Shown here: one piece after another, positions 1 through 9,570 of the stretch
Layout: every line of letters starts with the position of its first letter
How positions within the stretch are numbered: position 1 is the first letter of the stretch
Assembly (NCBI GenBank): GCA_041742135.1
Contig: JBGSJG010000004.1
Coordinates: 299,773-363,772, forward strand
Source of the DNA: Patescibacteria group bacterium
Lineage (GTDB): Bacteria; Patescibacteriota; Microgenomatia; UBA8517
Length of the DNA: 64,000 nucleotides
Reading direction: 5' to 3'
The notes under the pieces: model-generated
Seen by the model: the letters and a program-made list of their open reading frames with translations, nothing else
Told to the model about the DNA's origin: nothing
The model's database searches: none
Translations under genes and position numbers: made by a program

Positions 1-77
1 GCCGAGCATCTTCTTGGGCATCATCATAATTGATCGATTGAAACATTGCCCCATTCATTGTAAATTGATAGGCAAGT

Positions 78-1496
78 ATGACACTTTATCTGAAGTATCG
101 CCCCCAAAAGATTTCTGAACTTGATTTAGAAAGTGTCCGTGAGCAGGTTTCAAAAATCGCAGCGAACTTGGAAAGCGCCCCGCACGCATTTTTGTTTTCA
201 GGCCCTCGAGGAACCGGCAAAACTTCGGCAGCTAGAATTTTGGCAAAGATCGTTAATTGCGAAGACCTACAAGTTACCAAAGATGGTGTTGAGCCTTGCA
301 ACAAATGCTCCCAGTGCATGGCCATAACAAACGGCCAGAGCATGGATGTGGTGGAAATTGATACGGCCAGTAATCGTGGAATTGATGACATTCGGGTTCT
401 TCGAGAAAGCATTTCTCTTTCGCCGACCTCCGCTAAAAAGAAAGTTTATATTATGGACGAAGCTCACATGCTGACGTTGGACGCCGCAAATGCGTTTTTA
501 AAAACTCTTGAGGAGCCTCCATCCCACGCCATGTTTATTCTTGCAACGACTGATCCATTAAAGCTTCCCGAAACTGTTCGCTCTAGGCTCACGACTGTAG
601 CTTTCAAAAAAGCTACTCCCGAAGAAATAGCAAGGCAGCTTAACAGAGTAGCCGATGGCGAGAAGATAAAAGTTGAGGATGGAGTACTGGGATTAATTGC
701 CAAAAAAGCTGACGGATCATTTCGTGATGCAGTGAAGATTTTGGAAAACTTGAGTATGGACAATAAGAAAATCACTCTCGCTGCCGCGGAAGAATTTCTT
801 TACTCGATGAGTATGGTTAATGCAGACGAACTCTTGGCGACGATTATGGCTAAAGATGTTGATAAATCACTTACCCTTATTAATGATTATTCAAATTCTG
901 GCGGAAATACTAAAGATTTGTTGGACCAACTCGAGGAGGCTTTACGACTCATAGTTCTTGAGACTAAATCTCGTGAATCTGTAAAGCTGGCCAAGCTTTT
1001 GATGGAAGCTCGCTCCTCTCTCCCAAAAACCGCTATTGCCCAACTTCCTCTGGAATTGGTAGTGATTGAGTGGTGCGAAGAGGAAGGGCTCGCCTCTGCT
1101 GAAGCTCCGGCGAGTCAAGATAAAAAAAAAGAAGATTTGAGTGAGCCTGTTGTTCCCCAAGCGGCGCCATTAAATACTTCAGATCTTAATTCAGATGTTT
1201 GGTCAAAAATCATTCAGGTAGCTGGGAGCAAGAACATTTCCCTTGAGGCACTTCTGAGATCTTCAAAGCCTAAAGGCATAGACGGCAGCACGCTAAATTT
1301 AGCAGTTTATTATAGTTTTCATAAAGAAAGACTTGAAGTGGAGCAGTACCGTTCAATTTTGGAAAAGGTAATTACTGAGGTAACGGGATTAAATAATCCT
1401 AAAATAAAATGCTTTTTGGAAGAGCCGCCGGCTCCGTTGACGAAGGCAGCACCTCCAGATATATTGAAAGCAGCCAAGGAGATTTTTGGCGAGTGA
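78..1496 (+). CDS. dnaX: DNA polymerase III subunit gamma/tau
   Basis: LYLKYRP N-terminus, Walker A GPRGTGKTS, Zn-binding Cys motif, DEAHML, LKTLEEPP; upstream of ybaB-recR. Confidence 0.97.
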   Translation: MTLYLKYRPQKISELDLESVREQVSKIAANLESAPHAFLFSGPRGTGKTSAARILAKIVNCEDLQVTKDGVEPCNKCSQCMAITNGQSMDVVEIDTASNRGIDDIRVLRESISLSPTSAKKKVYIMDEAHMLTLDAANAFLKTLEEPPSHAMFILATTDPLKLPETVRSRLTTVAFKKATPEEIARQLNRVADGEKIKVEDGVLGLIAKKADGSFRDAVKILENLSMDNKKITLAAAEEFLYSMSMVNADELLATIMAKDVDKSLTLINDYSNSGGNTKDLLDQLEEALRLIVLETKSRESVKLAKLLMEARSSLPKTAIAQLPLELVVIEWCEEEGLASAEAPASQDKKKEDLSEPVVPQAAPLNTSDLNSDVWSKIIQVAGSKNISLEALLRSSKPKGIDGSTLNLAVYYSFHKERLEVEQYRSILEKVITEVTGLNNPKIKCFLEEPPAPLTKAAPPDILKAAKEIFGE

Positions 1497-1498
1497 AT

Positions 1499-1798
1499 AT
1501 GACAAAAAATACAAGTTCAGTAGTAACTAATAAAAAGCTCGACGAAGCAGTTGAAGCGATGTTAAATGGAATGGATCTTATGTTAAGAAATTTGCGTGAA
1601 GAAAATTCGCGATTGCACGAGGAGACATCTGAGAAGATCGATAGATTCAAAAGTGAAAATGCAGGTCAACACGCACACATACGAGACGATATTAGTTATC
1701 TAAAGGCGATGGCGTCAACTGCACCAACGCGGGAGGAATTTGAGAATATGAAAAAACGACTTCAAAAACTCGAAGTTAACTTGCTTAAACTCTCGTGA
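1499..1798 (+). CDS. Hypothetical coiled-coil protein
   Basis: ATG 2 nt after the dnaX stop; helical/coiled-coil composition; no recognised motif. Confidence 0.65.
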   Translation: MTKNTSSVVTNKKLDEAVEAMLNGMDLMLRNLREENSRLHEETSEKIDRFKSENAGQHAHIRDDISYLKAMASTAPTREEFENMKKRLQKLEVNLLKLS

Positions 1799-1814
1799 TA
1801 ACTTAAAATTGATT

Positions 1815-2099
1815 ATGTTTGACAAACTACAACAAGGAAAAGAGTTACTAAAGATGCGCTCGCAGGCCAAAGCGCTACAAAAACAGCTCGCGGAGGTTAC
1901 AGAAACTGTAGAGATGGGCACGGTAAAGGTCAAAGTAACGGCAGATCAAAAAGTAATTTACATCGAAGATAACGGTGAAAGCCGTGATGAAATTGCAAAG
2001 GCTGTTAACGAAGCCTTTAAAAATGTTCAAAAGAAAGCCGCTCAAAAAATGCTCCAGGAGGGTGGGCTTTCCGGACTTCTTGGGGGGATGGGGAAATAA
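1815..2099 (+). CDS. ybaB: YbaB/EbfC nucleoid-associated protein
   Basis: ~95 aa, QAKALQKQL...VKVKVTADQ pattern, between dnaX and recR. Confidence 0.85.
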   Translation: MFDKLQQGKELLKMRSQAKALQKQLAEVTETVEMGTVKVKVTADQKVIYIEDNGESRDEIAKAVNEAFKNVQKKAAQKMLQEGGLSGLLGGMGK

Positions 2100-2123
2100 T
2101 TTTTTTCTCTGTTAGAATAAACT

Positions 2124-2735
2124 ATGAGGATCGTAAAGCCTGTGGCAGATGTTATCGACGCTTTCAGTAAGCTCCCTGGCATTGGTCCTAAAACCGCTCA
2201 AAGATTGGCATATTATTTACTTCATGTTCCTCAGACTGAACTCGATTCTTTTGCGAACTCACTTGCAAACCTACGCAAAAATACGCTATTATGCTCGACT
2301 TGCAAAAATGTGGCGCTCGCGGACCCTTGTGAGTTTTGCGGAAGCCCAAGCCGAGACAAGTCAACTGTATTGGTCGTCGAGCAACCTTTGGATATTTTGG
2401 CATTTGAGCGGACCAACAAATATCAAGGCGTTTATCATGTTTTGCACGGGGCGATTAATCCATTGGACAATATCGGTCCCGATGAAATTTTTACGGAGGA
2501 GTTAGTCAAGCGCGTGAAGGGAACAAACGGTCACACGATTAACGAAGTGATTATCGCCACAAATCCGACAATGGAAGGAGAAGCAACAGCAATGTATTTG
2601 GCTAAACAACTTAAAAACCAAAATTCAAAATTGAAAATCTCCAGGCTTGGAATGGGAATTCCGACGGGGGCTTATCTTGAGTTTGCAGACGAGATGACTA
2701 TTCGCGAATCTTTGGAAGGAAGGCGAGAGCTATGA
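2124..2735 (+). CDS. recR: Recombination mediator RecR
   Basis: LPGIGPKTAQRL HhH, C4 zinc finger, YHVLHG, ATNPTMEGEATA Toprim motif. Confidence 0.97.
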   Translation: MRIVKPVADVIDAFSKLPGIGPKTAQRLAYYLLHVPQTELDSFANSLANLRKNTLLCSTCKNVALADPCEFCGSPSRDKSTVLVVEQPLDILAFERTNKYQGVYHVLHGAINPLDNIGPDEIFTEELVKRVKGTNGHTINEVIIATNPTMEGEATAMYLAKQLKNQNSKLKISRLGMGIPTGAYLEFADEMTIRESLEGRREL

Positions 2736-3196
2736 AGCCAGTAGCAGGACAGGTGCAGCGAAGCGTACAGCAAGCCCGTGATGACGTGTTTAACGAGGCT
2801 GGAGCTTTTGCGCGAACTGCGCAAAGCCAAGTAACTGGAGTGGAAGCGCGGCCTGCAATTGGCCAAAGCACTCCACAACTTCCACCGGCTAATCAGTTTG
2901 CTACAACGCAAGAGTATTGGCAGGCGCAAGAGAGGCAAAACGAGGCAAGACTCGCAGAACTTCGCAAGTTTGTTCAAAACATAAAAAATCTTGACGAGGA
3001 GCAAAAGCGCGCCGAACAAATACGCGCGCAGCAAGAACAAGCTGTTGCCCAAGCTCAGGCAGCACAAATGCAAGAAACAGCCCGCGAAGAAAATAAGTCG
3101 GGCAATGTTTTATCTCGAGCCGTCAAGCGCATCAAAGGTCGTTTGGGCCAAGTCGGTAAAGGCAAAATGGAAAAAGGTAGAGGTGGAACAGGATAA
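2732..3196 (+). CDS. Hypothetical Gln/Ala-rich protein
   Basis: Translationally coupled between recR and cysS. Confidence 0.65.
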   Translation: MKPVAGQVQRSVQQARDDVFNEAGAFARTAQSQVTGVEARPAIGQSTPQLPPANQFATTQEYWQAQERQNEARLAELRKFVQNIKNLDEEQKRAEQIRAQQEQAVAQAQAAQMQETAREENKSGNVLSRAVKRIKGRLGQVGKGKMEKGRGGTG

Positions 3197-4587
3197 TGAA
3201 ATTATACAATTCGTTAACCGGTAAGATTGAAGAATTTAAGCCTATTGAAGAAGGTTTGGTGAGGATGTATGCCTGCGGAATGACGGTTTATGATTTTGCT
3301 CACATTGGACATGGGAGAAAATATATAAATGATGACGTGCTTAGGCGCGCACTTGTGTATTTAGGCTACAGCGTTAAGCACGTCCAAAATGTAACTGATG
3401 TTGGGCATTTGGTCTCAGATGGTGATGAAGGTGAAGATAAGCTGGAAAAGGGAGCCAGAAAATACGGCAAGACTGTTTGGGAAGTCGCTGAGTTTTACAC
3501 AAAACATTTTTATGATTCGATGGACAAGCTCAACGTTTTGCGCCCTGACGTTATTGCAAAGGCCACAGATCACATCAAAGAGCAGATTGACTTAATTCAG
3601 AAGCTTTTTGAAAACGGTTTTGCTTACGATACACCAGAAGCAGTTTATTTTGATGTCTCGCACTTTGAAGGCTATGCTACCTTGTTTGGCAGGCAAGAAC
3701 TTGAGGATAAAAAAGCGGCTGTGCGTGAAGAGGTACACACTGATCCAAATAAGAAAAACCCTGCTGATTTTGCCTTGTGGTTCAAGCGAGTAGGGCGTTT
3801 TTCCGATCACGTTATGCACTGGGATAGTCCTTGGGGTGATGGCTTTCCCGGCTGGCACATTGAGTGCTCTGCTATGAGCATGAAGTATTTGGGGGATCAA
3901 CTTGATATCCACACAGGTGGCGAAGATCATATTCCCGTTCACCATCCTAACGAAATTGCCCAGAGCGAGGCCGCGACTGGCAAGCACCCTTTTGTTGGCT
4001 ATTGGTTCCATACCACTTTTTTGACGGTGGACGGAACTAAAATGAGCAAAAGCCTTGGAAACTTCTATACCATCGAGGACGTAATTGAAAAAGGCTATGA
4101 CCCCTTGGCTTTGAGATACTTGTTTTTGACTGCGCACTACCGAAAGCGGATCAACTTTACCTGGGACGCTTTGGAGGCGGCGCAAAATGCTCTTAATCGT
4201 TTGCGCGAATTTGTTCTCGTTTACAAAAGTAAAAAAACTGACGAGCGTACCATGTTGTCTGCTGAAAAGCTGGATAAAGTGGATCATTTTCGAGCGGAAT
4301 TTGGGAACTATGTTTCAGATGATCTTAAGATTCCGCAAGCTTTAGCTGTCTTATGGGATGTGGTTAAAAGCAATATTCCAGATGTCGATAAGCTGGATTT
4401 GATCTTAAACTTCGATGAAGTTTTGGGCTTAAGATTGGGAGAGCTTGAGACTGAAAAAATCAATCCTGAAGTTATGGAACTTGAAGATGAGCGTAGTCGC
4501 TTGCGAGCCGAAGGTAAGTATGAAGAGGCAGACAAAATAAGAGATAGACTTGCCAGTGAGTTTGGTATTAAAGTTAAAGATAAGTGA
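3196..4587 (+). CDS. cysS: Cysteine--tRNA ligase
   Basis: CGMTVYD-HIGH, GFPGWHIECSAMS, KMSKS. Confidence 0.98.
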   Translation: MKLYNSLTGKIEEFKPIEEGLVRMYACGMTVYDFAHIGHGRKYINDDVLRRALVYLGYSVKHVQNVTDVGHLVSDGDEGEDKLEKGARKYGKTVWEVAEFYTKHFYDSMDKLNVLRPDVIAKATDHIKEQIDLIQKLFENGFAYDTPEAVYFDVSHFEGYATLFGRQELEDKKAAVREEVHTDPNKKNPADFALWFKRVGRFSDHVMHWDSPWGDGFPGWHIECSAMSMKYLGDQLDIHTGGEDHIPVHHPNEIAQSEAATGKHPFVGYWFHTTFLTVDGTKMSKSLGNFYTIEDVIEKGYDPLALRYLFLTAHYRKRINFTWDALEAAQNALNRLREFVLVYKSKKTDERTMLSAEKLDKVDHFRAEFGNYVSDDLKIPQALAVLWDVVKSNIPDVDKLDLILNFDEVLGLRLGELETEKINPEVMELEDERSRLRAEGKYEEADKIRDRLASEFGIKVKDK

Positions 4588-5213
4588 AAGTAATTATTGC
4601 TGCCCTGTTGTTACTAAACCTGCTTTTTAGCGGATACCTGTTTGTACGAATCCGGAACTTGCCTGCCGTTACGCAAACCTCAGGCGGCGAGTACATAATT
4701 AAGCAAGAAAAGGCGGATTTAAGTGCTTATGTAACCAAAGCTTACGTCGACGGCCTTTTTGCTAGTATTCCAGAAGATTCGGCGACGGCCACTCCAAGCC
4801 CCGCAGCAACTTCAAAGGCAGCAACCGTGGCAACTCCCGTTCCTCAGATTAATACTAGCTATTTGCCGATTGGTGGATCTTTGGCCACAACAAACACGGA
4901 CTGGACCGATGTTCCCGGAAGTGAGTTTTGGGCCGATTTTAATTCTGATTTTGGATCAAGTGCCACAGTGAGCTGGGAAGCAACTCTAAAAGTCGCAGCA
5001 GGTAGTGGGCGTGTAACTGCAAGACTTCTGGACTCAACACATGGAATCGAGTTACTCGAAAGCCAGATCCAAAGCGAGTCGGGTTCGTTTGTTGCCGTGA
5101 CTTCCGGGCGCATTTATCCATGGGCAGGCAAAAATCTTTACAAGGTACAAATCAAATCATTGTCTTCGACTGAGGCTAGTTTTGGCGGTGGCAAGGTAAA
5201 AGTGGTATATTAG
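4584..5213 (+). CDS. Membrane-anchored/secreted hypothetical protein
   Basis: N-terminal hydrophobic helix, T/A/P linker, beta-rich C-terminus. Confidence 0.7.
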   Translation: MKVIIAALLLLNLLFSGYLFVRIRNLPAVTQTSGGEYIIKQEKADLSAYVTKAYVDGLFASIPEDSATATPSPAATSKAATVATPVPQINTSYLPIGGSLATTNTDWTDVPGSEFWADFNSDFGSSATVSWEATLKVAAGSGRVTARLLDSTHGIELLESQIQSESGSFVAVTSGRIYPWAGKNLYKVQIKSLSSTEASFGGGKVKVVY

Positions 5214-5238
5214 CGGATTTTTACTGTAGAATGAGACT

Positions 5239-6060
5239 ATGAGAAAAAAGCTAGTCGCAATATTATTTTTAGTATTTTTAATTTTTCCAGTTGGCGTGGT
5301 GCGTGCTCAGGATGAAGAATTTGATTTTGCTCGCGCTTATCAGGATTACGTTTTTACTGTCGACGTCTACAACAGCGCTCACTCGGAGTATCTTCTTGCC
5401 AAGGCACAATATGCTCAGGCAGGGACGCTGGTTTCTCAGACTCAGGCGCGCGAAGCGACTGTAAAAATGCTCTCTTCTCGAGACGACGTTGTCACAACAT
5501 ATCTGACGGCGGTTCGAATGAAGATGGTCGAGGCTGAAGGAGTTTCCTCGCTGACTAAAAATGGTTTGTTTACAAGGCTAGACGCGGAGATTGCTTGGTT
5601 TCGCGATCACAAAGACAGGCTGGACAGTGCAGGAACCTTGGCGGATTTAGAAGCTGATTCCAAAGAAGCAAGTGATCGTTTTGTGACTTCTGAGCGAATT
5701 GCTTATGAAACTTTGGCCACGATTCCTTTTGGCAAGCTGTCTTTGATGCGCACGCAGGCAAATTCGATTTTGTCACGTATTAACGATAAGGTTTTTCAAA
5801 TTCGCTCAAATGGGGACAAAGATACAGCAATAGTTGAGCGCTGGGCTTTGGAGATCGAGCAGAAAATAACCAGAAGCTTGGATAAAGAGATTGAGGCGCA
5901 GGCATTAATTCCAATTTTTGTTCCGAGCAGGCAAAACAGAAGCCTAGATGTTCGAAAAAATTACACAGATATTATATTTAAGTTGGACGAGTCTAGACAG
6001 TTTTTGCGAGACGCGACAGAATATATGGACGAGATATTAAGAGAAATTACAACAGCATAA
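5239..6060 (+). CDS. Secreted alpha-helical hypothetical protein
   Basis: Signal peptide ending VRA-Q; long helical ORF. Confidence 0.7.
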   Translation: MRKKLVAILFLVFLIFPVGVVRAQDEEFDFARAYQDYVFTVDVYNSAHSEYLLAKAQYAQAGTLVSQTQAREATVKMLSSRDDVVTTYLTAVRMKMVEAEGVSSLTKNGLFTRLDAEIAWFRDHKDRLDSAGTLADLEADSKEASDRFVTSERIAYETLATIPFGKLSLMRTQANSILSRINDKVFQIRSNGDKDTAIVERWALEIEQKITRSLDKEIEAQALIPIFVPSRQNRSLDVRKNYTDIIFKLDESRQFLRDATEYMDEILREITTA

Positions 6061-6488
6061 TGGACACTAACATTGATCAACCAGTCACACCGCCCACGAC
6101 ACCAGCTCCAGAGATTCCTACTGCGCCCGTGGTGGTAACGCCCACAAGCCCTAAAAAATTTGACCCGCGCGAGTTGTTTTCAAAAATAAAAATTCCCAAG
6201 AAGATATTGATAAGCGTAGCAATAGCCTTAATTCTTCTTGTTGTTTTAGTAATTGTATCAAGCATGCTTGGCCAGAAGCGGGGAGGGGTGGCCCCACAAA
6301 TAACCGAGACACCCGCGCCTACTGAGGAGCCGATCTCGGAAATTCCATCTCAGTATGCGGACGATCCCGATGTGGCTGAGATTAAAAAACAGATGGATGA
6401 GTTGGATCAAGACTTAGATGAAGCTTCATTTCGTGATGATACACTAAGATCTCCTACGCTAGATTGGAAAGTAGAGTTTGACGATTAG
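6060..6488 (+). CDS. Single-pass membrane hypothetical protein
   Basis: Pro/Thr-rich N-terminus, one TM helix, acidic C-terminus. Confidence 0.7.
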   Translation: MDTNIDQPVTPPTTPAPEIPTAPVVVTPTSPKKFDPRELFSKIKIPKKILISVAIALILLVVLVIVSSMLGQKRGGVAPQITETPAPTEEPISEIPSQYADDPDVAEIKKQMDELDQDLDEASFRDDTLRSPTLDWKVEFDD

Positions 6489-6838
6489 AAGGATAAAAAG
6501 TCGCGCATCGCGTCTTCAAAATTACGATATTTTTGCTCGTGGTCCTCGCGAATTTTATTATACAAATCCTTTTTATCATCCTCGCCGTATTCTTGAAGGT
6601 ATAGCTTTACAAATTTTGAAGAAAGCCCTTCTTGGCGAGCAAGCTTTTCGCTTTGCCTTACATACCGCCTGTAAGCAATTTCGGCCTTTCGTTCGATTTT
6701 CCATGCTTTGTAGCCTAGATAAACCTCAATGAAGAAACGTACCACGCCTTCAGTGAAAGTAGCAGTTGCTATGGGGTTAATCCAAAAATAAGTAAAAACG
6801 GCAATTGGAATAATTAAAAAAGGAATGCTATCTGGCAC
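6485..6838 (-). CDS. Hypothetical membrane protein
   Basis: Hydrophobic N-terminus; last gene of a minus-strand trio. Confidence 0.55.
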   Translation of the reverse strand: MPDSIPFLIIPIAVFTYFWINPIATATFTEGVVRFFIEVYLGYKAWKIERKAEIAYRRYVRQSEKLARQEGLSSKFVKLYLQEYGEDDKKDLYNKIREDHEQKYRNFEDAMRDFLSF

Positions 6839-6844
6839 GACCTA

Positions 6845-7207
6845 TTATACCAATTTTATTCGGTTTATCTCAAATACTTCAATTTTTGGGACGCTAAAAT
6901 CAGGGTCTGGCGCCGCCTTTCTTATAACAACTCCCACCCTGTCGATCATAGGGAAATCCTTCCTGATCTCGCCCCAAAATTTTTCAGCCAGATTGCCGGA
7001 ATATGCAGCATAGCCGCTGCCCTCACTTCGGCCGCAAAGCCTGTCTTCGTATTCACGAATAATCTCAATTACTGGCTTGCCTTTTTGGTTATATTCATCC
7101 TGAAGGCTTGAGTCTAAGTTATATGCATCGTGAATTATTTTAAAATCGTCAAACAACTCTTTGTTGTCTGAAAGCATTTTTTTGTAAATTTCTTGGTACT
7201 TTGTCAT
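6845..7207 (-). CDS. Hypothetical protein
   Basis: ATG overlaps the stop of the ATP-cone gene. Confidence 0.65.
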   Translation of the reverse strand: MTKYQEIYKKMLSDNKELFDDFKIIHDAYNLDSSLQDEYNQKGKPVIEIIREYEDRLCGRSEGSGYAAYSGNLAEKFWGEIRKDFPMIDRVGVVIRKAAPDPDFSVPKIEVFEINRIKLV

Positions 7208-7488
7208 TGGGGAGCTTGGTACTTTTTGTCTTTGAGGTTCTGGTACCAAGCATAAAGGCCTGATGCGTATTTGTCGACTCCTTCAAGTTCGTGGAATACC
7301 CTGTCGCGAATGGCAATCGAGCTGACTTCTTTCTGGCGAAGGCTCTCTATCCAGCTGGAGATTTTTTCGGCAACTTCGGCGGCTTCTACGGGGCGCACTC
7401 CCGCTGCTGAGATTACTTTTGTAATTTTCTCGGGATCAAAAGGCTCACGGTTTCCGTTTCTTTTTATTACCATTACTTCATCTTTCAT
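7204..7488 (-). CDS. Stand-alone ATP-cone domain protein
   Basis: VIKRNGNREPFDPEKI...IRDRV..EL ATP-cone signature. Confidence 0.85.
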   Translation of the reverse strand: MKDEVMVIKRNGNREPFDPEKITKVISAAGVRPVEAAEVAEKISSWIESLRQKEVSSIAIRDRVFHELEGVDKYASGLYAWYQNLKDKKYQAPQ

Positions 7489-7539
7489 GTCAGTACGCAT
7501 ATTGTGTGTAAAAGCATAATAGCACAGAGTTGTGTAATA

Positions 7540-8757
7540 ATGAATCGTATGGCTAACCCTCTGCAAGCTCTTTTTGCCAAACCAAAAGTTGCTACTCCGA
7601 CGCCTCCAAACAGCTTGCTTGATGAGGCCGCGAGGCAGGCTGAGAATAGAAAAATTGCTGAGGCAAGAGCAAGGACTGACGCGATCCTTTCTAGCATCGG
7701 CGATGGAGTTATCGCGATCACTGATCGCGGAGAAGTTAGCTTTATAAACACGCAAGCGCTTTCGATGTTGGGGCTGGTTGAAGCTGATGTTTTGGGTAAG
7801 CATTTGATTCACGCTGTCTTGGCTTATGATGAAAAAAATCAGTTGCCTTTAGAGAGGCATCCGATGCAACAGTCCTTACTAAAAGGTGTCAAGACAAGTG
7901 CGACCTTGTATTTTTGCAAAAAGGACGGAAGCAAATTTCCGGTTTCTGTGACCACCTCTCCTGTATTTTTAATGGGAGCTTTGATCGGCGGAGTGTTGGT
8001 TTTTCGCGACATAACGCACGAAAAAGATGTTGATCGCATGAAGACTGAATTTATTTCCCTGGCTTCTCATCAGCTTCGCACGCCTCTGTCAGCCATGAAA
8101 TGGTTTGCAGAGATTCTCTTGTCCGGAGACACAGGAAAAATGACCGAGGAGCAAGAAGAAACAGTTAAAAAAATCTACATTTCAAATGAACGCATGATAG
8201 ATTTGGTAAATTCACTATTAAACATATCTAGGATTGAGTCTGGCAGGATTATTATCGACCCTCGCCCCACGGATCTTTCCAAACTGGTTAGTGAAGTGCT
8301 GATTGAACTGACGCCAAAAATTGAGAAGAAAAAGCACCATGTAGTCACGAGTGTGCACGCTTCGCTTCCGCTAATTAATATTGATCCTCGCTTGGTTCGG
8401 CACGTTTATCTTAATTTACTCACGAATGCTATCAAATACACTCCAGAGGGAGGGGAAATTCATATAATAATTTCTCGAAATGCAGATTCTTTGGTTTCTC
8501 AGATTACCGATAATGGTATGGGGATTCCAGCTGCACAGCAGAATAAAGTGTTTCAGAAATTTTTTAGAGCCGAAAACGTTTCGCGCGTGGAAACAGACGG
8601 AAGTGGTTTGGGATTGTACTTGATCAAATCTATTGTTGACGCTTCGGGTGGTAAAATTTGGTTTACAAGCGAGGTGGGAAAGGGGTCCACTTTTTGGTTT
8701 AGCCTGCCACTTCAAGGAAGCACGCCCAAGGAGGGAGAGGTCACAATCAATTCTTGA
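7540..8757 (+). CDS. PAS-domain sensor histidine kinase
   Basis: PAS (ILSSIGDGVI), H-box SHQLRTPL, N-box NLLTNAIKY, G-boxes DNGMGI/GSGLGL. Confidence 0.93.
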   Translation: MNRMANPLQALFAKPKVATPTPPNSLLDEAARQAENRKIAEARARTDAILSSIGDGVIAITDRGEVSFINTQALSMLGLVEADVLGKHLIHAVLAYDEKNQLPLERHPMQQSLLKGVKTSATLYFCKKDGSKFPVSVTTSPVFLMGALIGGVLVFRDITHEKDVDRMKTEFISLASHQLRTPLSAMKWFAEILLSGDTGKMTEEQEETVKKIYISNERMIDLVNSLLNISRIESGRIIIDPRPTDLSKLVSEVLIELTPKIEKKKHHVVTSVHASLPLINIDPRLVRHVYLNLLTNAIKYTPEGGEIHIIISRNADSLVSQITDNGMGIPAAQQNKVFQKFFRAENVSRVETDGSGLGLYLIKSIVDASGGKIWFTSEVGKGSTFWFSLPLQGSTPKEGEVTINS

Positions 8758-8792
8758 TACTAGGACTCTGATAGGAGTATGATTTAGTTGTT

Positions 8793-9203
8793 ATGGAAAC
8801 TACGCCTCAATCGCATTTGATAATGATTATCGAAGACGAGGTGATGCTGCTTCAGGCTATTGAAAAGAAGCTTCAAAATAGCGGTTTCGAGACGGTTTCG
8901 TTTACAAAAGCCACAGACGCTTTAAGATATTTTACGGATGGGGGAGCAAAGCCTAATGCAATTTGGCTCGATTTTTACTTGGAAGACGATATTGACGGCA
9001 TTGCTTTCATGCAAAAATTAAATGAAAATCCGGAGCTTTCTGCTATTCCTGTTGTCGTAGTAAGTAACTCGGCTTCTCAAGACAAGGTAAACACAATGGT
9101 TGCTTTGGGGGTTAAAAAGTATCTTCTTAAAGCGGAAAACAGGCTGGAAGACGTAGCGAACACATTGCATCAGGTTTTGTCTCCCGAGAATGGACAACAA
9201 TAA
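8793..9203 (+). CDS. Single-domain response regulator
   Basis: IIEDE, IWLD phosphoacceptor, VVSN, YLLK. Confidence 0.88.
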   Translation: METTPQSHLIMIIEDEVMLLQAIEKKLQNSGFETVSFTKATDALRYFTDGGAKPNAIWLDFYLEDDIDGIAFMQKLNENPELSAIPVVVVSNSASQDKVNTMVALGVKKYLLKAENRLEDVANTLHQVLSPENGQQ

Positions 9204-9570
9204 AAAAACAGTTTTAGTGCTCGATGATGAGGAATTGATTACTGCTGCTCTTGGCCGCAAAATAGAGATTGCGGGATTCAACGTTTTCATTCAAAGAAAC
9301 GGAGAAGATGGTCTGCGTGTCGCGCTTGAATCTCACCCAGACCTTATTCTTCTTGATATGATTATGCCAAAAATGGACGGGATGACTTTTTTGGATAAAC
9401 TTCGTGAAAGTGGAGATTGGGGGAAAGCGGTTCCGGTTATTGTTTTGACAAACTTGGAATCTGGAGATCAAGTCAAAAAGAGTCGTGATAGGGGAGTTTT
9501 TGATTACCTTGTAAAAACTAATTGGAGCTTGGAAGATGTTGTGTCTCGAGTAAATCAAGCGCTTTCATAA
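9190..9570 (+). CDS. Single-domain response regulator
   Basis: LDDEE, PDLILLDMIMPKMDG, VLTN, YLVK. Confidence 0.92.
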   Translation: MDNNKKTVLVLDDEELITAALGRKIEIAGFNVFIQRNGEDGLRVALESHPDLILLDMIMPKMDGMTFLDKLRESGDWGKAVPVIVLTNLESGDQVKKSRDRGVFDYLVKTNWSLEDVVSRVNQALS

